Origin: an uncultured Actinomycetes bacterium
Lineage (GTDB): Bacteria > Actinomycetota > Actinomycetes > S36-B12 > CAIYMF01
Direction: 5' to 3'
Assembly: GCA_963843975.1 (NCBI GenBank)
Contig: CAWJMG010000003.1
Location: 60,001 to 92,000, forward strand
Length of the DNA: 32,000 bases
This document shows, piece by piece, positions 17,695-28,450 of the stretch. The stretch's first letter is position 1. Every line of letters begins with the position of its first letter. The position numbers and the translations under genes were made by a program. The notes below the pieces were generated by a model, which worked only from the letters and a program-made list of their open reading frames with translations, was not told the origin of the DNA and made no database searches.

Positions 17695-18828
17695 GTGGAC
17701 ACCGCACTTCTCTATGGCCTGATCGCGCTCGCCGTCCTCGTGCTGGGCGGGGGAGCGGTGCTCCTGCTGCGCCGCTCGTCCGGGCGCGCGATCGAGGCTC
17801 CGCCGGTCAAGCCCTCGATCACCGCGCCGGCACCGACCGACGTCGCCGACGGCGGTACGGCGGTCGCGGTGCCCGAGGCGCCGGCCGTCCCGACCACCGA
17901 GGTGCCCGAGCCGTCGGCCGGCCGCCTCGGTCGCCTGCGCGCCCGCCTGGCCCGGTCGAACACCGCCGTCGGCAAGGGCCTCCTGGCTCTGCTCACGCGC
18001 GACCAGCTCGACCAGGACACCTGGGACGAGGTCGAGGAGACCCTGCTCGCCGCCGACCTCGGCGTCGGGCCGACGCAGGAGCTGGTCGCCGCGCTGCAGC
18101 GCCGCACCCGCGTGGAGGGCGTCTCGGACGTCGCCGGCGCCCGTGCGCTCCTGCGCGAGGAGCTGCTCGCGCTCGTCGACCCCACCCTCGACCGCAGCGT
18201 CGCCACGCACGTCGCCGACGACCGCCCGGCGGTCGTGCTCGTCGTCGGCGTCAACGGCACCGGCAAGACGACCACCACCGGCAAGCTCGCGCGCGTGCTC
18301 GTGGCCGACGGCCGCAGCGTCGTGCTCGGCGCGGCCGACACCTTCCGTGCGGCGGCGAGCCAGCAGCTGCAGACCTGGGGCGACCGCGTCGGTGCACGCG
18401 TCGTCACCGGCCCGGAGAACGCCGACCCCGCAGCCGTCGCGTTCGACGCCGTGAAGCAGGCCGTCGACCAGGGCGCCGACGTCTGCGTCATCGACACCGC
18501 CGGACGCCTGCACACCAAGACCGGCCTCATGGACGAGCTCGGCAAGGTCAAGCGCGTCGTCGAGAAGCAGGCGCCGGTCGACGAGGTGCTCCTCGTCCTC
18601 GACGCCACCACCGGCCAGAACGGCCTGCGTCAGGCGCAGGTGTTCTCCGAGGTCGTCGACGTCACCGGCATCGTGCTCACCAAGCTCGACGGCACCGCCA
18701 AGGGCGGCATCGTCGTCGCGGTGCAGCGGGAGCTCGGCGTGCCGGTCAAGCTCGTCGGTCTCGGCGAAGGCCCTGACGACCTCGCCCCCTTCGACGCCGA
18801 GGCCTTCGTCGACGCCCTGCTCGACTAG
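17695..18828 (+). CDS. ftsY: Signal recognition particle receptor FtsY
   Basis: N-terminal TM segment, NG domain with GVNGTGKTTT, DTAGR and TKLDGTAKGG. GTG 17695 lies 8 nt after GGGAGGA. Confidence 0.95.
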   Translation: MDTALLYGLIALAVLVLGGGAVLLLRRSSGRAIEAPPVKPSITAPAPTDVADGGTAVAVPEAPAVPTTEVPEPSAGRLGRLRARLARSNTAVGKGLLALLTRDQLDQDTWDEVEETLLAADLGVGPTQELVAALQRRTRVEGVSDVAGARALLREELLALVDPTLDRSVATHVADDRPAVVLVVGVNGTGKTTTTGKLARVLVADGRSVVLGAADTFRAAASQQLQTWGDRVGARVVTGPENADPAAVAFDAVKQAVDQGADVCVIDTAGRLHTKTGLMDELGKVKRVVEKQAPVDEVLLVLDATTGQNGLRQAQVFSEVVDVTGIVLTKLDGTAKGGIVVAVQRELGVPVKLVGLGEGPDDLAPFDAEAFVDALLD

Positions 18829-18836
18829 CCCTCCAA

Positions 18837-18968
18837 GCTCGGGGCTCGTTCCTCGCCCCTAGCGTCGGGCACCCGCGCCGGGCCGGTCTGCTCGGGGCCT
18901 CGTTCCTCGGCCCGTCGCAGCCCGGCTCTGGCGCGCGACTCCTCGGGCCCCTCGTCCCTCGGGGCGCC
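18837..18968. repeat. Three ~52-nt-spaced copies of a hairpin repeat with a conserved 9-nt loop
   Basis: Copy 1: GGGGC-TCGTTCCTC-GCCCC (18841-18859). Copy 2: GGGCC-TCGTTCCTC-GGCCC (18895-18913). Copy 3: GCCCC-TCGTCCCTC-GGGGC (18947-18965). All three are preceded by CTCGGG. The stems differ in sequence but stay complementary. Confidence 0.5.
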
Positions 18969-19067
18969 TCGTCGGCGCGCGGGCTTCGCCCCGGCGCGGG
19001 CACTGCGGCCGTGACGTGCTTGCCCGAGATGGGTGCGTCGGAGGCGAGGCGGTGGTGGGGTGGGGGC

Positions 19068-19286
19068 ATGGACGTCGCCAAGCTCACCGAGACCCAGACC
19101 CTGCGCCGCGAGGAGGCGGCCCGCCGTCTTCACGAGATCGCGGACGAGCTCGCCTCCGGCAACGGGTTCGTGATCGAGCGCGACGGCATCAGGTTCGACG
19201 TCGCCGTGCCGGACGAGATCCGGATGAAGGTCGAGGTCGAGATCGAGTCCGAGGAGCGTGAGATCGAGATCGAGCTCACCTGGTAG
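19068..19286 (+). CDS. Amphi-Trp domain-containing small protein (uncharacterised family)
   Basis: 72 aa from ATG 19068. REEAARRLHEIADELASGNGF..., an acidic E/I-rich tail and a terminal ...EIEIELTW resemble my memory of the amphi-Trp family (C-terminal Trp). The family call is from memory. Confidence 0.6.
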   Translation: MDVAKLTETQTLRREEAARRLHEIADELASGNGFVIERDGIRFDVAVPDEIRMKVEVEIESEEREIEIELTW

Positions 19287-19310
19287 CCCTGGTCTGACCG
19301 GTCATCGGGG

Positions 19311-19333
19311 CCGCGCCCGTGCTCAGGGCGCGG
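19311..19333 (+). terminator. Perfect 8-bp GC hairpin (CCGCGCCC-gtgctca-GGGCGCGG) after the amphi-Trp gene
   Basis: Read directly from the sequence. It lies 25 nt after the stop at 19286 and has no U-tract. Confidence 0.4.
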
Positions 19334-19441
19334 GTACCGGTACCAACGGACGGGTTAAGCGCCGTACCCGTGGCGCACGACTCTCCAGGGGACAGCCGGA
19401 CGCCGCATGCCCGCGGCCACGGCCCGACCCAGGAGAACCTG

Positions 19442-19918
19442 TTGCGCCACGCCCGTCCCGAGACCTCGTCCGCCCCCACATTGCGCCGCCGCGCCGCCGT
19501 CGTCACCGCGGCCGCCGGCCTGGTGCTGGCCACCGCCGCCGGCACCGCGTCGGCCAAGGAGGTCACCAGTGGAGGTACGCCCGTGCCCACCGGCCCCTGC
19601 AACCCCGTCAGCAGCCTCACCTACAAGGGCGACGCCACCACCAGCGACACCGGTGCCGCCAGCATCCAGATCTCGTACGGCGTGAAGCCGTGCGACAAGG
19701 CCCAGGTCGTCACGGTCGACACCCAGCTCTTCCGCAACGGCAACCCCGCGGAGGTCCACTACGACGACACCGCGGCGCCGCTGTCCGGCCGGTTCACCGT
19801 CTTCGGTGTCACCGCCAATACCTCGTACATCGCGAAGGTGACCGTGTACGACGCCGCTACCGGCGCCGTGCTCGGCTCCAAGCAGATCTTCGCCGCGGCG
19901 GTGTACAAGGGGGTCTGA
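19442..19918 (+). CDS. Small secreted protein of unknown function with a Tat-type signal peptide
   Basis: TTG 19442 lies 6 nt after AGGAG. TLRRRAAVVTAAAGLVLATAAGTASA|KE combines a twin-arginine, a hydrophobic core and an AxA cleavage site. The mature part is ~125 aa with 2 Cys and is Thr/Val-rich (beta-like). The 19319 start in the track lies inside the hairpin. Confidence 0.6.
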   Translation: MRHARPETSSAPTLRRRAAVVTAAAGLVLATAAGTASAKEVTSGGTPVPTGPCNPVSSLTYKGDATTSDTGAASIQISYGVKPCDKAQVVTVDTQLFRNGNPAEVHYDDTAAPLSGRFTVFGVTANTSYIAKVTVYDAATGAVLGSKQIFAAAVYKGV

Positions 19919-19933
19919 GCCAGTTCAGGCCCT

Positions 19934-19975
19934 GACGAAGGGGGCGGGCGCCAGCGGCGGCCCGTCCCCTTCGTC
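19934..19975 (+). terminator. Hairpin with a perfect 10-bp outer stem (GACGAAGGGG / CCCCTTCGTC) plus an inner CGGGC/GCCCG stem
   Basis: Read directly from the sequence. It starts 16 nt after the stop at 19918. Confidence 0.5.
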
Positions 19976-20023
19976 CTGTCCCGCTCCTCCTCTCGGCCGT
20001 ACGAGCGACCCGCCAAGGATCGG

Positions 20024-20070
20024 GAAACAGCGGCGTAACACGACCGGGCCAAACGTCACCGCCCCGAAAC
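20024..20070 (+). promoter_or_regulatory. Candidate GlnR operator (gTnAc-n6-GaAAc type boxes) upstream of amtB-glnK-glnD
   Basis: GTCAC-cgcccc-GAAAC at 20055-20070 matches the consensus exactly. Additional half-sites are GAAAC (20024-20028), GTAAC (20035-20039) and cAAAC (20050-20054). The site is ~120-165 nt upstream of the amtB ATG. Confidence 0.5.
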
Positions 20071-20189
20071 AGCGCAGGCGGAGGCGGGCAACACGAGCCC
20101 GATGAGATCCCTCCAGTTCGACGCAGCGGCGCGTCGGGTGCAGCTCGACGCGCCCCGCGTCGCTGCCCTGTTCATAGAGAGGGTGACCG

Positions 20190-21874
<1,685 letters not shown>

Positions 21875-21921
21875 GCGAGGAAGAGAACACACGAAGGACA
21901 CCAACGGGAGAGGAGCAACCG

Positions 21922-24328
21922 GTGCGGGTCACGGCGGACGAGGCGACCACCACGTACGCAGAGGCCCGTGCCGAGCTCCTCTCCCGACCGGGAGCGCCCG
22001 GCGCCACGCGGCGCCGGGCGCTCACGGCGCTCACCGACGACTGGCTGCACGCGCTCTACGTCGCCGCTGGTGCCGGTGAGATCGGCGCAGCGCTCGTCGC
22101 GATCGGCGGGTACGGCCGCGGCGACCTCGCCCCGGGCAGCGACCTCGACCTGCTGCTGCTCCACTCGCCCGCGGTCTCGACGTCCGACGTCAATGCCGTG
22201 GCCGACCGGCTCTGGTACCCGATCTGGGACGCCGGCCTGAAGCTCGACCACTCCGTGCGGGTGCCGGCCGAGGCGCGCCGCCTCGCGGCGCAGGACATCA
22301 AGGTGGTCCTCGGCCTCCTCGACGCCCGCACGGTCGTCGGCTACGACAACCTCACCAAGCAGCTCCGCGAGTCCGTGCTCGGCGACTGGCGCGCACTGGC
22401 TCCGCGCCGCCTCGGCGAGCTCCAGTACGGCGTGTCCGAGCGCATCGAGCGCAGCGGCGAGCTCGCGCACCTGCTCGAGCCCGACCTCAAGGAGTCGTAC
22501 GGCGGCCTGCGCGACCTCGTGTCGCTGCGCGCCGTCGCGGCCAGCTGGGTCACCGACGCACCGGTCGCCGCGCTCGCGCAGCAGCGCGACCTCCTCCTCG
22601 ACGTCCGCGATGCGCTGCACCTCGTCACCGGCCGCGCGAGCGACCGCCTCCTGCAGCAGGAGCAGACCGCCGTCGCGGAGCGCCTCGGCATCGAGGGCGA
22701 CGACCCGTCCGACGCCCTGCTGCGGTCCGTGTCCGCCGCCGGCAGGGCCGTCGCCTATGCGGCCGACACCACCTGGCACCGGGTCGAGCGGCTCACCCGC
22801 CGCGGGGGAGTGCGGTCGAGCATCGCCGGCACCGCCCGGCGTCTGCGCGGCGGCGGCTCTCGCGCCGAGCGTGCGCCGCTGGCCGAGGGCGTCGTCGTCC
22901 AGGACGGCGAGGCCGTCCTCGCCGCCGACGCGCGCCCCGAGAAGGACCCCGTCCTCGTCCTGCGCGCGGCCGCCGCGGCGGCGCAGGCCGGCATGCGCCT
23001 TGCACCGCACGCCGTCGAGCGCCTCGCCCGCGACTCGGCGCCCATGCCGGAGCCGTGGCCCGCCCCCGCGCGCGACGCGCTGGTCTCGCTGCTCGGTGCC
23101 GGCCGCCCTGCCATCCCCGTGTGGGAGGCGCTCGACCAGGCCGACCTCTGGAGCCGGCTGCTGCCGGAGTGGTCGGTCGTGCGCAGCGCGCCGCAGCGCA
23201 ACCCCATCGCACCGCTTCACGGTCGACCGCCACCTCGTCGAGACCGCCGTGCAGTGCGGCCCGCACACCCGTCGCGTCAACCGCCCCGACCTCCTGCTGG
23301 TCGGCGGGCTGCTGCACGACATCGGCAAGGGGCGTCCCGGCGACCACACCGTGGTCGGCATCGAGCTGGTCGAGGACATCGCGCCGCGCCTCGGCTTCTC
23401 GCCTGAGGACTGCGAGGTGCTCGTCACGCTGGTGCGGCACCACCTGCTGCTCCCGGACACCGCGACGCGCCGCGACCTCGACGACCCGGCGACGGTCGAG
23501 GCGGTGGCCGCCGCGGTCGGCAGCGAGGACGTCCTCGACCTGCTCCACGCCCTCACCGAGGCCGACGCGGCCGCAACCGGTCCGGCCGCGTGGAGCGACT
23601 GGAAGAAGGCGCTCATCGACGACCTCGTCTCGCGCACGCGGGCCGCGCTCGCGGGCAGGCCGCGCATCGAGCCGATCCACGTGACGGCGGCGCAGTCGCG
23701 CCTCGCCGAGGCCGTGCGCGTCACGACCGAGGGCGGGGTCGCCGTACTCCTCGACCACGAGGAGGCAGCGACGACCGCCACCGTCACCATCGCCGCCCCC
23801 GACCGCACCGGTCTGCTGTCGACCGTGGCCGGCGTCCTCTCCCTGCACCGCCTGCAGGTCCGGGGCGCGCAGGTCGACACCGTCAACGCACCCGACGGCA
23901 CCCGCCGTGCCGTCCAGGTCTGGACCGTCACCCCGGCGTACGGCGACCCGCCTCCGGTCGAGCGCCTGCGCGAGGACGTGAGCCGTGCGATCAGCGGCTC
24001 GCTCGACGTCGCGGCCCGCCTCGACGCCCGGGAGCAGGCGTACCCGGCACCGCAGGGCACCGCGCCGCCGCGTGTCGACCTCGTGCCGGGCGCCAGCGAG
24101 CGGGCAACCGTGCTCGAGGTCCGCGCCCACGACGCCCCGGCGCTGCTGCACCGGGTCACGCGCGCGATCGCCGCGGCCGACGTCACGATCAGCGCGGCGC
24201 GCGTGGCGACGCTCGGGTCGGAGGTCGTCGACGTCTTCTACCTGGTCGACCGCGACGGCCAGCCGCTCAGCCAGCAGCGTGCGGCCACCGTGCGCGTCAC
24301 CGTGCTCGGGGAGCTCTCCCGCACCTGA
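21922..24328 (+). pseudogene. glnD: PII uridylyl-/adenylyl-transferase GlnD, interrupted by one +1 frameshift near 23206-23209
   Basis: The NTase domain (GGYGRGDLAPGSDLDLLLLH) is in frame 1 and ends at ...SAPQRNPI. The HD domain (HRFTVDRHL...LLHDIGKG) and two ACT domains continue in frame 2 to 24328. The total of ~801 aa is typical. Confidence 0.9.
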
Positions 24329-24350
24329 GCGGGCTGACAGGCCCCGAGGC

Positions 24351-24373
24351 CGGCCCCGGTTAGGCTGGGGCCG
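24351..24373 (+). terminator. Weak 7-bp GC hairpin (CGGCCCC-ggttaggct-GGGGCCG) between glnD and ffh
   Basis: Read directly from the sequence. Short stem, no U-tract. Confidence 0.25.
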
Positions 24374-24404
24374 CACCGAACGACCTCGATGACGGGACTC
24401 CCGC

Positions 24405-25988
24405 GTGTTCACCTCGCTCTCCGACCGGCTCTCCGCCACGTTCAAGAACCTGCGCGGCAAGGGACGGCTGTCCGAGGCCGACGTCGACGCCACCGTCCGT
24501 GAGATCCGGACGGCGCTGCTCGAGGCGGATGTCGCGCTGCCCGTCGTCCGGCAGTTCACCGCCACCGTCAGGGAGCGCGCCCTCGGTGCGGAGGTCAGCA
24601 AGGCCCTCAACCCGGCCCAGCAGATCGTCAAGATCGTCCACGAGGAGCTCGTCGGCATCCTCGGCGGGGAGACCCGCCGCCTGCGCCTCGCGAAGAACCC
24701 GCCCACGGTCATCCTGCTCGCGGGCCTCCAGGGTGCAGGCAAGACCACGCTCGCAGGCAAGCTCGCGCTGCACCTCAAGGACGCCGGCCACGCGCCGCTC
24801 CTGGTCGCCGCCGACCTGCAGCGCCCGAACGCCGTCGACCAGCTCACCGTCGTGGCCGAGCGGGCCGGCGTCGCCGTCCACGCACCCGAGGCCGGCAACG
24901 GCGTGGGCGACCCGGTCGCCGTCGCGAAGTCGGGCATCGAGCTCGCGAAGACCAAGCTGTACGACGTCGTCATCGTCGACACCGCGGGCCGCCTCGCGAT
25001 CGACGCTGACCTCATGGATCAGCTGAAGCGCGTCCGCGACGCCGTGCAGCCGGACGAGACCCTGCTCGTCATCGACGCGATGATCGGCCAGGACGCCGTG
25101 CAGACCGCGGCCGCCTTCGACGAGGCCATCGGCATCGACGGCGTCGTGCTCTCCAAGCTCGACGGCGACGCCCGCGGTGGTGCCGCGCTGTCGGTCGTCA
25201 CCGTGACCGGCAAGCCGATCCTGTTCGCGTCCGTCGGCGAGAAGCTCACCGAGCTCGAGACCTTCCACCCCGACCGCATGGCCTCGCGCATCCTCGACAT
25301 GGGTGACGTGCTCACCCTCATCGAGCAGGCCGAGAAGGCGTTCGACGCCGAGCAGGCCGAGCGCATGGCCAACAAGGTGGCCAAGGGCGACGACTTCACC
25401 CTCGAGGACTTCCTCGAGCAGATGACGAGCCTGAAGAAGATGGGCTCGCTCACCAAGATGCTGGGGATGCTGCCCGGCATGGGCGACATGAAGGCCCAGA
25501 TCGAGTCCATCGACGACCGCGAGCTCGACCGCGTCGCCTCGATCATCAAGTCGATGACGCCGGCCGAGCGGGCCGACCACTCGATCCTCAACGGCTCGCG
25601 CCGCGCCCGCATCGCCCGCGGCGCCGGCGTCGAGGTGTCGGCGGTCAACCAGCTCGTCGACCGGTTCGTCGAGGCGCAGAAGATGATGCGCCAGATGCGC
25701 GCCGGCGGCGGCATGCCCGGTATGCCCGGCATGCCCGGGATGGGTGCCGGCAAGCGCGCCAAGGCCAAGCAGAAGGCCCAGGTCAAGCAGGGCAAGGGCG
25801 CCAAGCGCAGCGGCAACCCCGCCAAGCGCGCGTCCCAGGACACCGCCCCCGCCGGTGGCTCGGGCCTGCCGGGCCTGCCCGGCGCGGGCCCGGCCGGACT
25901 TCCGGGCGGCCTCGGCGGCTTCGACCCTGCCGAGCTCGAGAAATCCCTCGGCGAGCTCCCGCCCGAGTTCAAGGGCCTCCTGGGCTGA
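24405..25988 (+). CDS. ffh: Signal recognition particle protein Ffh
   Basis: (V)[43 protein letters not shown], a Met-rich M domain and a [10 protein letters not shown] tail. Confidence 0.96.
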   Translation: MFTSLSDRLSATFKNLRGKGRLSEADVDATVREIRTALLEADVALPVVRQFTATVRERALGAEVSKALNPAQQIVKIVHEELVGILGGETRRLRLAKNPPTVILLAGLQGAGKTTLAGKLALHLKDAGHAPLLVAADLQRPNAVDQLTVVAERAGVAVHAPEAGNGVGDPVAVAKSGIELAKTKLYDVVIVDTAGRLAIDADLMDQLKRVRDAVQPDETLLVIDAMIGQDAVQTAAAFDEAIGIDGVVLSKLDGDARGGAALSVVTVTGKPILFASVGEKLTELETFHPDRMASRILDMGDVLTLIEQAEKAFDAEQAERMANKVAKGDDFTLEDFLEQMTSLKKMGSLTKMLGMLPGMGDMKAQIESIDDRELDRVASIIKSMTPAERADHSILNGSRRARIARGAGVEVSAVNQLVDRFVEAQKMMRQMRAGGGMPGMPGMPGMGAGKRAKAKQKAQVKQGKGAKRSGNPAKRASQDTAPAGGSGLPGLPGAGPAGLPGGLGGFDPAELEKSLGELPPEFKGLLG

Positions 25989-26020
25989 TTTCACGGTCCG
26001 CTGCCCTCTCTGGCAGACTG
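25989..26020 (+). promoter_or_regulatory. Candidate promoter with embedded hairpin upstream of rpsP (TTCACG-N18-CAGACT; GCTGCC-ctctct-GGCAGACTGT)
   Basis: It shares GCTGCC...TCTGGCAGACTGT with the rplS upstream region (28303-28321), at a similar distance (~130 nt) from the start codon. Confidence 0.4.
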
Positions 26021-26154
26021 TTGGGGTTGATCCCGGCGCAGTCGGCGGCCCTCTAACCGGCCGGTCGCGCTCGGGACCGTCGGGACCCACCGGAAAGCAC
26101 CCCACGCCGTACGGCAGGGACCCACCCCGTTCACGTCAAGGAGACAACGGCCCC

Positions 26155-26715
26155 GTGGCTGTCAAGATCAAGCTCAAGCGCATGGGCAAGATGCGCAACG
26201 CCCAGTACCGCATCGTCGTCGCCGACGCCCGCACCAAGCGTGACGGTCGTGCGATCGAGGAGATCGGCATCTACCAGCCGAAGGAGGAGCCGAGCCTCAT
26301 CCGCGTCGACTCCGACCGCGCGCAGTACTGGCTCGGCGTCGGCGCTCAGCCGACCGAGGCTGTTGCCGCGATCCTCAAGGTCACCGGCGACTGGCAGAAG
26401 TTCAAGGGCCTCCCGGGCGCCGAGGGCACGCTGCGCGTGGCCGAGCCCAAGGCCGACAAGAAGACCATCTTCGAGGCCGCTGCGCTCGAGGCCGCCACCG
26501 AGCCGGCCAAGCCCGCGACCACCCCGAAGAAGAAGGCCGAGCCGGCCGCCGAGGCCCCCGCGGCCGAGGCCGCCCCGGTCGAGGTCGTCGAGGCCGCTGC
26601 CGAGGAGGCTCCCGCTGCGGAGGCCGCCGAGGTCGTGACCGAGGCTGCTGCCGAGGAGGCGCCGGCCGTCGAGGCCGCTGCCGACGAGGCTGCCGCCGAG
26701 ACCACCGAGGCCTGA
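26155..26715 (+). CDS. rpsP: 30S ribosomal protein S16 with a long Ala/Glu/Pro-rich C-terminal extension
   Basis: (V)[41 protein letters not shown]... is the S16 core. GTG 26155 lies 10 nt after AAGGAGA. The low-complexity tail begins at about residue 95. Confidence 0.93.
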   Translation: MAVKIKLKRMGKMRNAQYRIVVADARTKRDGRAIEEIGIYQPKEEPSLIRVDSDRAQYWLGVGAQPTEAVAAILKVTGDWQKFKGLPGAEGTLRVAEPKADKKTIFEAAALEAATEPAKPATTPKKKAEPAAEAPAAEAAPVEVVEAAAEEAPAAEAAEVVTEAAAEEAPAVEAAADEAAAETTEA

Positions 26716-26716
26716 C

Positions 26717-26962
26717 ATGCTCGAGGAGGCTCTCGAGCACCTCGTCAAGGGCATCGTCGACAACCCCGACGACGTCGAGGTCCGCGAGCGCGCCAACCGG
26801 CGCGGTCCCGGCCGCACCCTCGAGGTGCGCGTGCACCCCGACGACATGGGTCGCGTCATCGGCAAGGCCGGTCGCACCGCCACGGCGCTGCGCACCGTCC
26901 TCTCGGCGCTCGCGCCGGGGAAGGGTGTTCGGGTCGACTTCCTCGACCTCGGCGAGCGCTGA
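26717..26962 (+). CDS. KH-domain RNA-binding protein (YlqC/UPF0109)
   Basis: 81 aa. [17 protein letters not shown] contains the KH GxxG motif. Conserved position between rpsP and rimM. Confidence 0.9.
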   Translation: MLEEALEHLVKGIVDNPDDVEVRERANRRGPGRTLEVRVHPDDMGRVIGKAGRTATALRTVLSALAPGKGVRVDFLDLGER

Positions 26963-26976
26963 GCGCGAGGAGACTC

Positions 26977-27570
26977 GTGCAGCTCGTCGTCGGACGCATC
27001 GGTAAGCCCCACGGGATCCGTGGCGAGCTGACCGTCGAGGTGCGCACCGACGCCCCCGAGATCCGCTTCGCGCCGGGGTCGGTCCTTGCGACCGACCCCG
27101 CGCGCGTCGGCCCCATCACGGTCGAAGCCGTCCGCTGGCACAGCGGACGGCTTCTGCTGCGTGTGGAGGGCGTCCACGACCGCACCCAGGCCGAGGGCCT
27201 GCGCGGCGCCGTCCTTCGCGCGGACGTCCCCGACGACGAGGTGCCGGAGGACCCCGAGGAGTTCTTCGACCACCAGCTGCGCGGCCTCGCGGTCGTCACG
27301 GCCGACGGCACGGCGATCGGCGTCGTCGACGACGTCGTGCACCTGCCGTCCCAGGACCTGCTCTCGGTGAAGCGCGACGCAGGTCGCGAGGTGCTCGTGC
27401 CGTTCGTCATGGAGATCGTCACCGGCATCGACGTCGAGGCCGGTCGCGTCACGGTCGAGCTGCCCGAGGGCCTGCTCGACCTCGACCTCACCGACACCGA
27501 GCACCGCGAGCTCGACGCCGCAGAGGCGGCCGAGGCCGCAGCCCAGGAGCGCGACGGATCGGCAGGCTGA
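26977..27570 (+). CDS. rimM: 16S rRNA processing protein RimM
   Basis: [14 protein letters not shown]-terminus, PRC-barrel C-terminal part, conserved synteny. Confidence 0.92.
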   Translation: MQLVVGRIGKPHGIRGELTVEVRTDAPEIRFAPGSVLATDPARVGPITVEAVRWHSGRLLLRVEGVHDRTQAEGLRGAVLRADVPDDEVPEDPEEFFDHQLRGLAVVTADGTAIGVVDDVVHLPSQDLLSVKRDAGREVLVPFVMEIVTGIDVEAGRVTVELPEGLLDLDLTDTEHRELDAAEAAEAAAQERDGSAG

Positions 27571-27573
27571 GCC

Positions 27574-28281
27574 GTGCGCATCGACGTCGTCTCGATCTTC
27601 CCCGACTACCTCGCCCCGCTCGGGCTGTCCCTCGTGGGCAAGGCCGTCGCCGCGGGCACCATCGACCTCCACGTGCACGACCTCCGCGACCGCACCCACG
27701 ACAGGCACCGCACGGTCGACGACACGCCGTACGGCGGCGGCCCGGGCATGGTCATGAAGCCCGAGCCCTGGGGCGAGGCGCTCGACGCCGTCCTCGCAAG
27801 CCCGGGTGCCTCGGACCGTCCGCGCCTGGTGGTGCCCACCCCGAGCGGACGCCGCTTCACCCAGGACGTCGCCGTCGAGCTCGCGGCCGACGAGCACCTG
27901 GTGTTCGCCTGCGGGCGGTACGAGGGCATCGACTCGCGCGTGATGGCGCACTACGCCGACCGGTTCGAGGTCGACGAGATCTCGGTGGGCGACTACGTCC
28001 TGGCCGGGGGAGAGGCGGCCGTGCTCGTGATGGTCGAGGCCGTCGCCCGCTTGCTCCCCGGGGTGCTCGGCAACCCCGAGAGCGTGGTCGACGACTCCTT
28101 CGCCCCGGGGGCCATGGCCGCGCTGCTCGAGGGCCCGATCTACACCAAGCCGCCGCTCTGGCGCGGTCTCGCCGTCCCCGAGGTCCTGCTCTCGGGCGAC
28201 CACGGGAAGATCGCCGCCTGGCGGCGCGAGCAGGCCCTCGCGCGCACCGAGAAGTACCGCCCGGAGCTGCTGGAGGGCTGA
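27574..28281 (+). CDS. trmD: tRNA (guanine37-N1)-methyltransferase TrmD
   Basis: [41 protein letters not shown]. Confidence 0.95.
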   Translation: MRIDVVSIFPDYLAPLGLSLVGKAVAAGTIDLHVHDLRDRTHDRHRTVDDTPYGGGPGMVMKPEPWGEALDAVLASPGASDRPRLVVPTPSGRRFTQDVAVELAADEHLVFACGRYEGIDSRVMAHYADRFEVDEISVGDYVLAGGEAAVLVMVEAVARLLPGVLGNPESVVDDSFAPGAMAALLEGPIYTKPPLWRGLAVPEVLLSGDHGKIAAWRREQALARTEKYRPELLEG

Positions 28282-28289
28282 GCACCGAT

Positions 28290-28321
28290 TTGGGTGCTCG
28301 CGGCTGCCTCTGGCAGACTGT
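28290..28321 (+). promoter_or_regulatory. Candidate promoter with embedded hairpin upstream of rplS (TTGGGT-N18-CAGACT; GCTGCC-tct-GGCAGACTGT)
   Basis: Second copy of the motif seen at 25999-26020. It is followed by GATCCGGACGC, compared with GATCCCGGCGC in the rpsP leader. Confidence 0.4.
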
Positions 28322-28450
28322 GACGGCTCGATCCGGACGCCCTGCCACAGGGGGGCACCGGAACCCCCGGCTCCGCCGGCGAGCACATCCGACCAGCCGC
28401 GTCAGCGGCACTGTTCCGCGGGTGACCTGTGGCGCCGGCGAGGAGAAGAC

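Noticed and set aside
18826-19012. In-frame open extension after the ftsY TAG stop (PSKLGARSSPLASGTRAG...), suggesting stop-codon readthrough or a mis-called stop.
   Set aside because: The FtsY NG domain is complete at the TAG. The extension is low-complexity, has weaker GC3 bias, and coincides with the hairpin repeats.
26560-26700. Repetitive GCC/GAG-rich DNA that might be a tandem repeat locus or a CRISPR-like array.
   Set aside because: It is in-frame coding sequence for the Ala/Glu-rich tail of S16. It has no spacer/repeat architecture and no cas genes.
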